Virus record (IMG/VR): IMGVR_UViG_3300028886_000004
Location: 32,001-96,000 of that record
Source of the DNA: a virus
Taxonomy: Duplodnaviria; Caudoviricetes
DNA length: 64,000 nt
Reading direction: 5' to 3' (one strand)
A program made the position numbers and the translations under genes. Position 1 is the first letter of the stretch. Each line of letters opens with the position of its first letter. The notes beneath the pieces are model-generated. The model was not told the DNA's origin, did not search any database, and saw only the letters and a program-made list of their open reading frames with translations. Shown here piece by piece: positions 19,733 through 29,079 of the stretch.

Positions 19733-19966
19733 ATGAATGCGTTGATTTTACTGGCATTCTTGGCGCTCTTTCTTTTTGCCGGAAAGAAGCTTTTTAATGT
19801 CCGCGATTGGGGCAAGCATCCAGCAAGGACCGGGCAAGCACCGGGCGAGCAGCCTCAATACAAGGGAAATCGTCCCGGCGGCATTGATATGAGCAGCACC
19901 ATCAAAATCTGTGAACGCATAATTGAAAAACTGCGGAGGACCAATGATTGCAACAAAGAAAGTTGA
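19733..19966 (+). CDS. Hypothetical membrane-anchored protein
   Basis: Hydrophobic N-terminus. Confidence 0.55.
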   Translation: MNALILLAFLALFLFAGKKLFNVRDWGKHPARTGQAPGEQPQYKGNRPGGIDMSSTIKICERIIEKLRRTNDCNKES

Positions 19967-20156
19967 ATGCCCCGGATGCGATATTGACATTGATGTCGAA
20001 ATCGAGGTGGACATCGACGTTAAAACAGCCGCCCACGAATTGATTTCCTATTACAAGGGAAAGGACGTGAGCGCGGGAGACGCAAATAAACTCGAGGATG
20101 CCATCCGGAAATGCCTGGTGGACGAATTGGGTGTATCAATCAGCAAGGTGGAATAA
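19944..20156 (+). CDS. Hypothetical protein
   Basis: GGAGG RBS; CPGC motif. Confidence 0.6.
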   Translation: MIATKKVECPGCDIDIDVEIEVDIDVKTAAHELISYYKGKDVSAGDANKLEDAIRKCLVDELGVSISKVE

Positions 20157-20157
20157 T

Positions 20158-20427
20158 ATGGCAGTACAAAAGAAAACTTGGGAAGAATTCCGCAATACCG
20201 GACTCTTCCATTTTGTCAACGCATTCCTGCATATCTTTGGATGGGTGATCGTTCTCGCCCTCAAGGATAACGGGGAGGTGGAAGAGGTGTATCCTGCCCG
20301 CACCGATTGGCGGGGATTCACCGAGGAAAGCAACACGAAGGCGTACAACAATGTAACCGCCTTTATGCAAAAGGAATTTGGGCTGGCAGTCCCGAAGGAG
20401 ATTAAAGATGAGCACAAGGATTCTTGA
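20158..20427 (+). CDS. Conserved-looking phage hypothetical protein
   Basis: WEEFR.TGL..FVN.FLH.FGW..VYPAR..RGF.E pattern. Confidence 0.7.
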   Translation: MAVQKKTWEEFRNTGLFHFVNAFLHIFGWVIVLALKDNGEVEEVYPARTDWRGFTEESNTKAYNNVTAFMQKEFGLAVPKEIKDEHKDS

Positions 20428-21007
20428 CGCCTATCTGTATGACAAGCCGGAAGAAGAATTGATGAAGGAACTCAATTCTATCCGCGACGCCTTCCACGAA
20501 TACTTGAAGGCGGACATCAAGAAGGACCCCAACAAGTGGATGCGATGGGGAAAGAGCATCGTGGACAAAGGGAAGGAAACCGGCGACGATTCCCTCACCC
20601 GTGCCATCCGCTACATCAAGGCTGGACTAGAAACGGTGGAGGTAGGAAACCCGCTCGATGTTGCCGCCAACTGCGTCGTGGTAAAGCATCGGAAGAAAAT
20701 CGTCCTTTGGTTCTTCCCCGGAATGAATTTCAAAATGTTCGCCAAGGAGAATGAAGTTCTCAAGCGCATCCACAAGAATGAATACTGGTGGCTGGATTCA
20801 GGGGACTGCGAATGGGATTCCAAGGAAGAGGAAAAAGCCTACAACAAGCGTGGCAAGTTTTGGGCATCCGCATTCGAGCACTTCCAAACATATGTGCCTT
20901 CGCGTATGGGGCTCTCGTATGAATTTTTCTCACGTGAAGACATTTTCCGCATGGGCGATTTTCTTCATATGGAATATGAATCCTATTTGAAAAGAGGTGG
21001 CAAATGA
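20408..21007 (+). CDS. Hypothetical protein
   Basis: AAGGAG RBS. Confidence 0.7.
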   Translation: MSTRILDAYLYDKPEEELMKELNSIRDAFHEYLKADIKKDPNKWMRWGKSIVDKGKETGDDSLTRAIRYIKAGLETVEVGNPLDVAANCVVVKHRKKIVLWFFPGMNFKMFAKENEVLKRIHKNEYWWLDSGDCEWDSKEEEKAYNKRGKFWASAFEHFQTYVPSRMGLSYEFFSREDIFRMGDFLHMEYESYLKRGGK

Positions 21008-21705
21008 ACAAGCCGAATCCTGAATTACTGAAAAAGGTCCGTGATGGGCTGGCACGCTACAACGAAGCGCGTAAGGTCACGCATAGCGATTGGGGCAAGG
21101 AAGCCAAGATCGTTGACGAACTCAACCACACCTTGTGGAAAGCAATCCTCCCGGATGCCGTCAAGCATTTGGAGGATATGGTCGGCCACAAGATCCAGCA
21201 CGTCGAAAAGGACGGCGATGTTATCCTTTTGAGCGTCACGTCCCTCAAGTTTGAAAAGTGGGAAGTCAATCTTGTCGGTGAAGGCGTCCGCTATACCGAC
21301 CGCCACTCCTCCCCGCTTTCGAAATTGTCCTATGTGACCATCAAGTATGATTCCTTGAATGAAGTGCTTGGTATGATTAAGATCGCCGATACTGCCACGG
21401 TTGAAGATTTGGTCGCGCATGTTGAAAAGATGCGTGCGGCACAGCTGGAAGCGGCAACCAAGCAAATCAATGACAAGTATGATGGCGTGATCGCATCCAT
21501 CCGCAATATGAAGGAACCGAAGGAGGTGGTAAGCCTTGCCGACCGCTTCCATCCGGATCCGCTCCACGAAATTACGTATTTCCGCTGGAGTGACCTCGTC
21601 CGCGAGTTCGGCACCGAGGAAGACAAGAAGGCGCTTGAACCTGCCCCGGTTGATGTGGTGGAAGAAGACAACGATCCGGCGACGGCAGCAACATTGGAGG
21701 CATAA
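21004..21705 (+). CDS. Hypothetical protein
   Basis: ATGA coupling. Confidence 0.7.
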   Translation: MNKPNPELLKKVRDGLARYNEARKVTHSDWGKEAKIVDELNHTLWKAILPDAVKHLEDMVGHKIQHVEKDGDVILLSVTSLKFEKWEVNLVGEGVRYTDRHSSPLSKLSYVTIKYDSLNEVLGMIKIADTATVEDLVAHVEKMRAAQLEAATKQINDKYDGVIASIRNMKEPKEVVSLADRFHPDPLHEITYFRWSDLVREFGTEEDKKALEPAPVDVVEEDNDPATAATLEA

Positions 21706-22157
21706 TGAGACAATACGCCATAGTCGATATTGACGGCACGATTTCCGATGCCAATGCCCGCGCAAAAACATACCTAGAAGGCGATAATCCGGATTGGGAT
21801 GGCTTCTATGCGGCGTGTGGCGAAGACGCGCCTATAACGCCGGTTATTCGCGTTATAGAGGCGCTTGCCGTGAGCTACAACATTGTGTTCTGTACCGGGC
21901 GCCGTGAATCGTGCGAAATCGCCACCCGCGAATGGCTGAACCGCCACGCGCCTGCCCTTGCCCATTGGCCTATCCTTTTCCGCAAGGATGGCGACGATCG
22001 CCACGATGTGATTGCGAAACCGGAAATGCTGGAAGCCTATGTGCATGCGCACCACAACATCAAGCCGTCGGTGATTTTTGAGGACCGCAATTCAATGGTC
22101 GAAAAGTGGCGCGAGCTCGGCTACACCGTGTTCCAGCCTGCCAACGGGGAATTTTAG
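21705..22157 (+). CDS. HAD-family 3'-phosphatase (PseT/PNKP C-terminal-domain-like)
   Basis: DIDGT, TGR, R..GD.RHD..K and FEDR..VEKWR..G motifs. Confidence 0.85.
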   Translation: MRQYAIVDIDGTISDANARAKTYLEGDNPDWDGFYAACGEDAPITPVIRVIEALAVSYNIVFCTGRRESCEIATREWLNRHAPALAHWPILFRKDGDDRHDVIAKPEMLEAYVHAHHNIKPSVIFEDRNSMVEKWRELGYTVFQPANGEF

Positions 22158-22165
22158 GAGGAACT

Positions 22166-22459
22166 ATGAAACAGCATGTTGGACTCGAAATGCCGATGGT
22201 GGGACTTGTTCTCAAGAACGGGAAGACGATTTGTGGCGTGCCTTGCGGGTTTGAATCCGAACACGTCGCTATGGACGATCCTTCAAAGAATGAGTACATC
22301 CAATATATTGTATTCCCGTGGACGAAGGTTTCCTGCAATGACATTGATGAGGTGCTTACCTATGACGAAGGCGGGGAACCGCATCGTTTAAAGGTGGATG
22401 CTGCGATTTCGGCGCACATCCACATTTGGTTCCTCAACAAGGAATTCAAGAAGGCGTAG
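22166..22459 (+). CDS. Hypothetical protein
   Basis: AGGAGG RBS. Confidence 0.6.
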   Translation: MKQHVGLEMPMVGLVLKNGKTICGVPCGFESEHVAMDDPSKNEYIQYIVFPWTKVSCNDIDEVLTYDEGGEPHRLKVDAAISAHIHIWFLNKEFKKA

Positions 22460-22703
22460 CGGAACCTCGTATATAAAGACATCCGGAGGCACGCGTTGTT
22501 CTTGGTGCCTTAAAAGATGGAGCAAGAAGGAAAGTCGCTGCCTTGCGGCCCGTCGCGCGGGAACTGGCACGATGATTACGAAGGATGTGAGAGAGAAGGC
22601 GGGGCAAGTGCCCCAACGCCGGAATCCGGTGAGGGCGAAAGCTAACAAAGGGCCAATCCAACGCAGACGTGTAGAGGGTTGGCCCCTTTCGTATATTAAG
22701 GAC

Positions 22704-22819
22704 AGCTGGCAGGTCCATCCAAAAAGAGCCATCTAGCGAAGCAACCCAACGGTTGTCGCCTCATTGCTTCAAGGCGCTTCCCGCGGGGCTATTTGGCTGA
22801 TTTTGGGTGGACCACAGCT
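22704..22819 (+). ncRNA. Candidate rod-shaped RNA upstream of tmRNA
   Basis: AGCTG/CAGCT, GGTCCATCCAAAA/TTTTGGGTGGACC, AGCCA/TGGCT stems; CGTATATT box just upstream. Confidence 0.55.
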
Positions 22820-22830
22820 TCCAGTTCCTT

Positions 22831-23185
22831 GGGGATGCTTGGTATCGACAGGGATGCTGATGCATGAGTTGCACGTCGAGGTCTCAGCCGTGGGCACTCG
22901 TTAAAAAGGTTGAAAAAGAATAAATGCTGCACCTGTAGCAATGGCTGCCTAATTTTAGGGTAACCCTTGGATCCGCCTCCATTCCCGGAGGGGTGGCATC
23001 CGAGTCGCAAACCGGGATAGGGTTGAATCTTGGCAACGAGGAGAAGACCTGAAATTTGTCGTTGCTGGCCGAAGCATCGCCGCTTCCCTTTGGGCGTGGC
23101 AAGGCAAGAACAAATACAGGGAATAAGCGTGTAGTAGCAAATGAGTAGGTGTTTTTGGACGCGGGTTCGACTCCCGCCATCTCCA
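22831..23185 (+). ncRNA. ssrA: tmRNA; tag (A)AAPVAMAA at 22926-22952
   Basis: GGGGATG..TCGAC 5' end, GGACGCGGGTTCGACTCCCGCCATCTCCA 3' end, G3:U70 pair, tag ending in AA-stop after ATAAAT. Confidence 0.93.
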
Positions 23186-23192
23186 CGAATAG

Positions 23193-23282
23193 ATACGTGC
23201 CCGTTGGCCCAATAGGCTGGCGGACACCCGGGAAGGTCCGTTGGAATTGCTCCGACTAGGGGCCGGGGAAACGGGCACGTAT
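23193..23282 (+). ncRNA. Candidate multibranch small RNA
   Basis: Perfect 13-bp closing stem ATACGTGCCCGTT/AACGGGCACGTAT with internal hairpins. Confidence 0.5.
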
Positions 23283-23295
23283 TATTGAATTTTCC

Positions 23296-23390
23296 GGCCT
23301 GCTGCCGGTAGTACCGCCCTTCAGCACGGGGTAGAGCGCACGGATGGGGTTCGAGTGTTTTCCGGCGATGCGCAAAGGCAGCAGCCACTA
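23296..23390 (+). ncRNA. Candidate multibranch small RNA ending like the phage tRNAs
   Basis: CTGCTGCC/GGCAGCAG closing stem; ends in A-CTA; followed by a terminator. Confidence 0.45.
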
Positions 23391-23415
23391 GGGTTCCAAA
23401 AGGAACCCTTTTTTG
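23390..23415 (+). terminator. Rho-independent terminator
   Basis: AGGGTTCC-AAAA-GGAACCCT followed by T run. Confidence 0.85.
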
Positions 23416-23451
23416 TTGAAAAGCAAGAAAATTATTTTTTTTTCTAGAAAG

Positions 23452-23529
23452 GGGTGTCTTTTTCAAATCAAGTAGTTATATTTAGGGTATGAGGCGCCGG
23501 GTAGGCGTCCAGCCAAGGAAAGACATATG
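23452..23529 (+). promoter_or_regulatory. Promoter-hairpin-RBS cassette, copy 1
   Basis: GTGTCTTTTTCA-N11-TATATT, stem-loop with RGGTW loop, CCAAGGAAAG, ATG. Confidence 0.85.
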
Positions 23530-23862
23530 AAGAAGACTCGCGGAAACCTCTATTGGAATTTTCAATTCACCGGCCTTTTTGATGGCGCCGAAGATTGCTA
23601 CGCCAACGAAGAAGCCAACATCTCTGTGAGCAGCCACGATTTCGCCACGGCCTACGCTCAGGCTGAAGCAATGTATAACGCGCTGCTCAAACTTCATCCG
23701 GATCGTGTTTATTGTGCGCAGGTGTATCTCCGTGATGATGACACTGTCAAACCGAGCGCAAACCACCACATTTACGTCACCCACTATATCGATTCCGATA
23801 AGATCAATGCCTTCTTCGCTGTAGGCGCCGATAGATGCCTGCGCTTGACTTGGCGTGCCTAG
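23527..23862 (+). CDS. Hypothetical protein (cassette-driven, probably early)
   Basis: Directly follows cassette copy 1. Confidence 0.7.
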   Translation: MKKTRGNLYWNFQFTGLFDGAEDCYANEEANISVSSHDFATAYAQAEAMYNALLKLHPDRVYCAQVYLRDDDTVKPSANHHIYVTHYIDSDKINAFFAVGADRCLRLTWRA

Positions 23863-23872
23863 GAGGTGCCTT

Positions 23873-24328
23873 ATGGAAGATAAAACGCGCTTGAAGTCCG
23901 AAACAGCATACTTTATGATGTTGCAGGAGGGCGAAGAAGCTAGGGTATATCTCAAGGACGATGTGGATGCCGTCCTCGCTGCGAAGGACGCCGAGATCGC
24001 CCGCTTGAAGGAACGCAAGTCCCCGGATATTGACGATGCGGTTGCCTTGGGCGTTTATTCCGGTAAATCTTTGCCGGATGAGCTGGTGTATCGTAAGGCC
24101 GCTGTGGATGCCCTGCTTTTAAAGCGTGGGATTATAGAGCGCCCTATCCCTGGCCCTGCCGTTGCGGAGTTGAAGGACCCTTACTTTACAACTTGCGTTA
24201 TTTGTAATAAGCCGTGGGGCGCTGGTGAATTGCACGCGATGCATAGTGTCTCCTTCCACGGCAGGCTTGTTACCAATCTTTTTGTTTGCTGCGATTGCAA
24301 TGCGAAAATTCGTCGCGGGGAGATTTAA
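23873..24328 (+). CDS. Hypothetical protein with C-terminal CxxC..CxxC
   Basis: AGGAGG RBS; VY.K..VDA repeats. Confidence 0.65.
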   Translation: MEDKTRLKSETAYFMMLQEGEEARVYLKDDVDAVLAAKDAEIARLKERKSPDIDDAVALGVYSGKSLPDELVYRKAAVDALLLKRGIIERPIPGPAVAELKDPYFTTCVICNKPWGAGELHAMHSVSFHGRLVTNLFVCCDCNAKIRRGEI

Positions 24329-24342
24329 AAAGGAGGCGTAGT

Positions 24343-24558
24343 ATGAATGATTTGATTTTATATGTGGTCAGCGGCATTGCGGTAGTTTGTCTTTTCGTTA
24401 TGCTCTACTTTGAATTGAAGGCAGGCTACACGCTCCGCAAGGCTCTCAAGAACACCCTCGGTTTTGGGGCACGCCGCATCCTTCTCGGATTTGGGATTGC
24501 GCTTTTCCTTATTGCCTTGTATAAGCTGGTCGATTGGCTTTGGGAGGCGCTGCTATGA
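24343..24558 (+). CDS. Small membrane protein
   Basis: Two hydrophobic segments; AGGAGG RBS. Confidence 0.65.
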   Translation: MNDLILYVVSGIAVVCLFVMLYFELKAGYTLRKALKNTLGFGARRILLGFGIALFLIALYKLVDWLWEALL

Positions 24559-24848
24559 GTTTTGAAAGCAAAGAACATTACTGGGTTATCGTTTTCGAGC
24601 CTAGCGAAGGGAATCGCAATTACAGCAGCGATACCCGCTTGTATTGGGGCTCCAAGAAAGGGCGTGCCGACTGGACCGAGGATTTGGCGCAAGCAACCCA
24701 TTTCAAAACGCCGGGTGCGGCCCGCAGCAAGATGGCTGACCGGAATACCAAGTATCGTCCTCCGGTATGGCATTATGTGGCCCCGAATGATAAGGTATAT
24801 GTTGGCGAGGTTGAAACCGTTGCCACTGTTAAGGAGGTAGTCAAATGA
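24555..24848 (+). CDS. Hypothetical protein, paralog of 15922..16203
   Basis: Shared motif pattern. Confidence 0.65.
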   Translation: MSFESKEHYWVIVFEPSEGNRNYSSDTRLYWGSKKGRADWTEDLAQATHFKTPGAARSKMADRNTKYRPPVWHYVAPNDKVYVGEVETVATVKEVVK

Positions 24849-25285
24849 ATGATCAGTTTGCCCAGTCCAATTTCTTGGCGCAGACAATTGCCGCCAAGCA
24901 GGAACAGTCAACCGCCCTTCTTATGGAGATAGCGGATATGCGCCATCGCTATATTCGGCAGGTCATTTCCGATGCCGCTGTCTTGGTAGGGAAGTGGATT
25001 GAATTGCCGGATGGCAACGGCCGCATCATCGTTCACGCACTGGGTTTTTCTCCCCGCCTGCTTATCCCGGAAAATGGCGACCGCGACTACAACATTAGTC
25101 TTGGCTCCGTTGACATAGAGTATGACTGCTGGATCGTGGTTTGCCGGGGCTACGTGAATGTTTGGGAGCGCCCCGAAAAGCATACTACCGGAATCAAGCC
25201 CGAGATTTTGCGTGGTGCCAAAGTTTTGCCGGATAGCGAAGCGGAGGCCCTGCTTTCCCGCGTGGTGCCGAAGGAGGTGGTATGA
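24845..25285 (+). CDS. Hypothetical protein
   Basis: ATGA coupling. Confidence 0.65.
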   Translation: MNDQFAQSNFLAQTIAAKQEQSTALLMEIADMRHRYIRQVISDAAVLVGKWIELPDGNGRIIVHALGFSPRLLIPENGDRDYNISLGSVDIEYDCWIVVCRGYVNVWERPEKHTTGIKPEILRGAKVLPDSEAEALLSRVVPKEVV

Positions 25286-25566
25286 AGAAGGCAATAAAGA
25301 TCCCCGCGTTCTATAAGGCGCTCGGTAAGGAGGCGTGCAACGCCTATCTCCGCCGCATCGAACGTAAGCGCTCCACCGCACACTGGCATTTGGATTTTGG
25401 CGGAATCCGCTTTTGGTTTTGGCGTATATGGGAAGACGAAAGCGGGCGCAAGTTTGATTCTAAGCTACGTGTTGCTGCACTTCTCCGCCTTGGCAAGGAA
25501 GACAATAACATCTCCCGCCACAATTTATGGTATCACTCTTTCAATAAGCCCGAGGCTGCCAAATGA
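25282..25566 (+). CDS. Hypothetical protein
   Basis: ATGA coupling. Confidence 0.6.
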   Translation: MKKAIKIPAFYKALGKEACNAYLRRIERKRSTAHWHLDFGGIRFWFWRIWEDESGRKFDSKLRVAALLRLGKEDNNISRHNLWYHSFNKPEAAK

Positions 25567-25832
25567 GAACCGAATTCGTTGAACTTCTGCAAAACAAGTT
25601 AGAGGATTTCGTTGGCGAAATTCTTAACGACAAGCAAAAGCGAGGCGATGACGATGTTATTGGGTTTGAAAACGTCCAGCTTAAATACCTAAAAGGATTC
25701 CTAGATGGAATGTGCACGGCGCTTAATTGCAATTACCAAAAAGAAGGAGATTATTGGGTGATCCGTGACGGCAGGAAAAAAGTTATTGTGCGCGAAAAAG
25801 AAGCGTATGATGATGAGGAGGCAACCAAATGA
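25563..25832 (+). CDS. Hypothetical protein
   Basis: ATGA coupling. Confidence 0.65.
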   Translation: MRTEFVELLQNKLEDFVGEILNDKQKRGDDDVIGFENVQLKYLKGFLDGMCTALNCNYQKEGDYWVIRDGRKKVIVREKEAYDDEEATK

Positions 25833-26944
25833 ACGAGAATTTGAAAAGACATAGACCCGATATTAAGGTGCTAGGCGCAGGGAAGGCTATTGCCTTCATG
25901 CCGGAAGATCCGATGGGCGTGTGGGTTCATATTCAGGAAGTGCGCGACCTGCTTGACGTGAAGGACCGCACAATCCGCGATTACGAGGACAACTACCTTC
26001 CCCGCCCGAAGACTATGGCGTTGCAGACCTGGATGATTGGCAGCCCGGAGACCGGCGAACGGTGGGTGTGTGATTCCGAAGACGTTGATAAGGTCATTGC
26101 GGAAAAGAATAAAGAAATTGAGGACCAGCGCAAAAGATTGGAAGAATTTGAAAATGGGGCCCTTTTTAATAGGGAGAACCCCGTGTCATTTGATGAATTT
26201 GCCAAAATTTGCGGCTTTCCCCTGGATTCCTTGGAGAATTGTCAAAAAGAAATTGAGGAGTTGAAAGCGAAGGCTGCCTCGTGCGAGGCGAAGGACAAGG
26301 AAATTGAGGACCTGAAAAAGAAGCTGGCGGAGTATGAAGACTGTGCCGCCAATGCCTGCGCCGAACGCGATGACAACCAAACCGCGATCGATGAACTCAA
26401 TGCCGAAAATGCGGCCTATGAAAAGAAGGTTAAATTCTTGGACGAGCAGGTAGCGACACGCGACAAAATTATTAAGGACCTCACCGACGAAAGAAGCACC
26501 CTTCGCAAGATCGCGTATGACCGAAAAGAGAATTATTTGGAAATGCAAACCAAGGCGGACCGCCTGGAAAGCAAGTGCCTCGCAAAGGATGGTACTATTG
26601 AGGAATTGAAAGCCTCCAATAGCAGGCTCGCAAAGCTGGTTGGCAAGCGTTCAAATGCAATGCTCTCGTTCCGCAAGGCTATGTGGAAGGCAATCGCTAA
26701 TTGGGCAAAGCTGGAAGCATTGCGTTGGCTGGAGCGTGAAAAGGCCTGCCCGCTTGGCAGCGACCGCGAAAGATTTTGTATGAAGCGCCGCCACCTGTGG
26801 GAGCGCGTTGGAGACAAAGGCGCCTACGAAGTTGCAGATTATGAAGCCCTGCGGGATCACCTGCTTACTAAGTATGCGGACGCCATCGCCTCCGGCAAAG
26901 GGATTGTGACCGCCGAACAACCAATGAGGATTATTGGAAAATGA
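25829..26944 (+). CDS. Coiled-coil protein
   Basis: Heptad-rich; shares MW.AIANWA domain with the next gene. Confidence 0.7.
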   Translation: MNENLKRHRPDIKVLGAGKAIAFMPEDPMGVWVHIQEVRDLLDVKDRTIRDYEDNYLPRPKTMALQTWMIGSPETGERWVCDSEDVDKVIAEKNKEIEDQRKRLEEFENGALFNRENPVSFDEFAKICGFPLDSLENCQKEIEELKAKAASCEAKDKEIEDLKKKLAEYEDCAANACAERDDNQTAIDELNAENAAYEKKVKFLDEQVATRDKIIKDLTDERSTLRKIAYDRKENYLEMQTKADRLESKCLAKDGTIEELKASNSRLAKLVGKRSNAMLSFRKAMWKAIANWAKLEALRWLEREKACPLGSDRERFCMKRRHLWERVGDKGAYEVADYEALRDHLLTKYADAIASGKGIVTAEQPMRIIGK

Positions 26945-27492
26945 AAAGCGAAGAACTCCTAGAAAAACTCCGTGCCGCCCAAATTGAATCCGAGATCGCC
27001 GGGCAGCCGATGCGCTGCGACGTGAAGATTCAGGACCTGCTGGATGCCTTCGCCGAGAAGGATGCGAAGATCGCCTCATTGAATGGCGAGATCGCCAAGA
27101 TGCAGCACAAGATGTGCGAGGATGTGTTTGAGGGCATTATGCCGTCGGAACACATTGTATGCCGCCCGCTCCAGCAGGCAGCCCAGCGCATCGCCGAACT
27201 CAAGCAGTCCGTTGCTTGTGATGCAAGCGTGACGAACTACCGCAAGAATTTGATAAAGGAGCTGGAATTCAAGGTTGACAGATTGACCGAAGAAAACCGG
27301 CGCCTTATCGATTGCAATGAAGGGATGAAGGTGTATATTCGTCGCCTGCTTCGCGGAATGTGGCACGCGATCGCGAATTGGGCCCGCGCCGAGCGCAAGC
27401 TGCTGGAAAACTGGGGCTATTGCGAAGAAGCGCAGAAGTGGCTGAATGTGGAGCGTAAAGGCCGTAAAAGGGTCAAGCAGTGCCGGGGGTAG
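26941..27492 (+). CDS. Coiled-coil protein, paralog of the previous gene
   Basis: MWHAIANWA domain. Confidence 0.7.
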   Translation: MKSEELLEKLRAAQIESEIAGQPMRCDVKIQDLLDAFAEKDAKIASLNGEIAKMQHKMCEDVFEGIMPSEHIVCRPLQQAAQRIAELKQSVACDASVTNYRKNLIKELEFKVDRLTEENRRLIDCNEGMKVYIRRLLRGMWHAIANWARAERKLLENWGYCEEAQKWLNVERKGRKRVKQCRG

Positions 27493-27663
27493 TATGACTT
27501 TGCGAAAGAAAACTAAACGCGTGTCTCTTTCAGTTCCTAAAAACGTATGTATAGAATGTGGCAAGCCGGTCACGCCCGGAACAATGCAGGATGGGCATAT
27601 GTGTATGACCTGCTATGAAAAGCGGTGGTCGTTTTGCCGGTAAGTTAACAAAGGAGCATCCAT

Positions 27664-27903
27664 ATGAAAGTTAAAGATTTGAAGAAGCGTCTTGAAAACG
27701 TTGATGACGAACTGGATGTTGTCGGCTATCAGCACGGAATGGAACAGTCCGGTCTTTTGCCGGTGAGTGCTGGCAGTATGCGTGTTGTTGCCGGTGAAAT
27801 GGTCGAGCGCGAAACATGGGATCGCTTCGACGGGACCGATTATAAGTATAACGTTTTCGAAGAGAAAGAAGGCGGCAGCATTAAGGTATTCCAACTTTAT
27901 TAA
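27664..27903 (+). CDS. Hypothetical protein
   Basis: MKVKDL..L...D N-terminus; AAGGAG RBS. Confidence 0.7.
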   Translation: MKVKDLKKRLENVDDELDVVGYQHGMEQSGLLPVSAGSMRVVAGEMVERETWDRFDGTDYKYNVFEEKEGGSIKVFQLY

Positions 27904-28087
27904 AAAGGAGCATCAAAATGATTGTTTGCGATATTTGCAAAAAGAATCCCCGCCGTGAAATCAACGTCAAGGATATGCTTTACGACAAGCCTCGGAGCAA
28001 GGGCCAACGCTTTGACCTGTGCGAAAAGTGCTTCAAGGCAGTTTTCAAGGAAGTCCTTGAGAAGAAACAACAGCAGGCCGCTATCAA

Positions 28088-28306
28088 ATGATTGAAAGCA
28101 CCAAGCTCAACTACAAGCCGCATCGAATCCGCGTTGAGGTTCCTGACAAATGCACGCGTCCCATTAAGGCAGGCATTTGCGGATCCACGCGCTTTCTAGT
28201 GTATGATGAACCGGTCCGACTTCGGGGCGTGGTCTGCCGCCACTACCGCTGCCAAGAATGCAAGGCGGACTATTACGTTGCGGATCTATCCGCTATTCAT
28301 TTGTAA
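28088..28306 (+). CDS. Small Zn-ribbon-like protein
   Basis: C..CGS and YRCQEC. Confidence 0.55.
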   Translation: MIESTKLNYKPHRIRVEVPDKCTRPIKAGICGSTRFLVYDEPVRLRGVVCRHYRCQECKADYYVADLSAIHL

Positions 28307-28557
28307 TGCGCAAGTTCAGCTGGTATACCATCCCGGTCAAGCTCACCGACCTATCCACCGTGTATAAATATGCGGTGGACCGTTTTATTCCGCTTGAGGT
28401 GGACCGCCACGGGTTCGGCAGCTACATCCACGTAAAGGCTGGAACCTTTGTTACACACCACGACGGCGGATGGCAGCGCTACAAGCCCAATATGAAAGGC
28501 GGCCATCGCCATAACTGCCTCAAAAATGCCCTCAAACGGAAGATACCTAAGAAATAG
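28306..28557 (+). CDS. Hypothetical protein
   Basis: TAATG coupling. Confidence 0.55.
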   Translation: MRKFSWYTIPVKLTDLSTVYKYAVDRFIPLEVDRHGFGSYIHVKAGTFVTHHDGGWQRYKPNMKGGHRHNCLKNALKRKIPKK

Positions 28558-28635
28558 GGTGTCTTTTTCAGTATACGAATGTATATTTAAGGTATACGGC
28601 GCCGGGTTGGCGCCTAACCAAGGAAAGGCAATATG
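28557..28635 (+). promoter_or_regulatory. Promoter-hairpin-RBS cassette, copy 2
   Basis: Same architecture as copy 1. Confidence 0.85.
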
Positions 28636-29070
28636 GCAGCAAAAATCAAAACCGAACCGGAACTCACCAAGCTGTTCAATGCCATCAGCGTGATTGAATT
28701 GATCGCGACCTGTATGGCGAAGAAGGCATTGTCCTACCATCTCTCCCGCGAGAAGTTTGCGGAGCTGGCGTTCGACACTACGCTCACCTCCAACGCGCAT
28801 CATTTCATTACGGTGCGCCTGACAACGAAATTCAAGTTCGAGGACAACCCCGGTCCTTGCAACTGGACTTTCGAATTTTCGTTCCTCACCAACGTGGTCA
28901 AGGCCGATGGCACAATCCGCGTATACCGCTCGGTTGGTCCCGACTTCCCGCCTGCTAACAACCTCACGACTGGCGGCTTCGTGGAAGGCCGTTGCAAATT
29001 TTCTCAGGAAAAGCTGGACGCCCTTGTTCGCTCATTGGCCGGGGATTCCCCGCTTGAGGCCGGTATGTAG
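28633..29070 (+). CDS. Hypothetical protein (cassette-driven)
   Basis: Follows cassette copy 2. Confidence 0.7.
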   Translation: MAAKIKTEPELTKLFNAISVIELIATCMAKKALSYHLSREKFAELAFDTTLTSNAHHFITVRLTTKFKFEDNPGPCNWTFEFSFLTNVVKADGTIRVYRSVGPDFPPANNLTTGGFVEGRCKFSQEKLDALVRSLAGDSPLEAGM

Positions 29071-29079
29071 GAGGCACAA

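Noticed and set aside
22520-22545. RNase P RNA suggested by GAAGGAAAGTCG
   Set aside because: No matching 3' P4 strand (ACAGAA..CGGC) found
23296-23390. tRNA-Sec suggested by CTTCAG
   Set aside because: No correctly placed T arm or 5-bp anticodon stem
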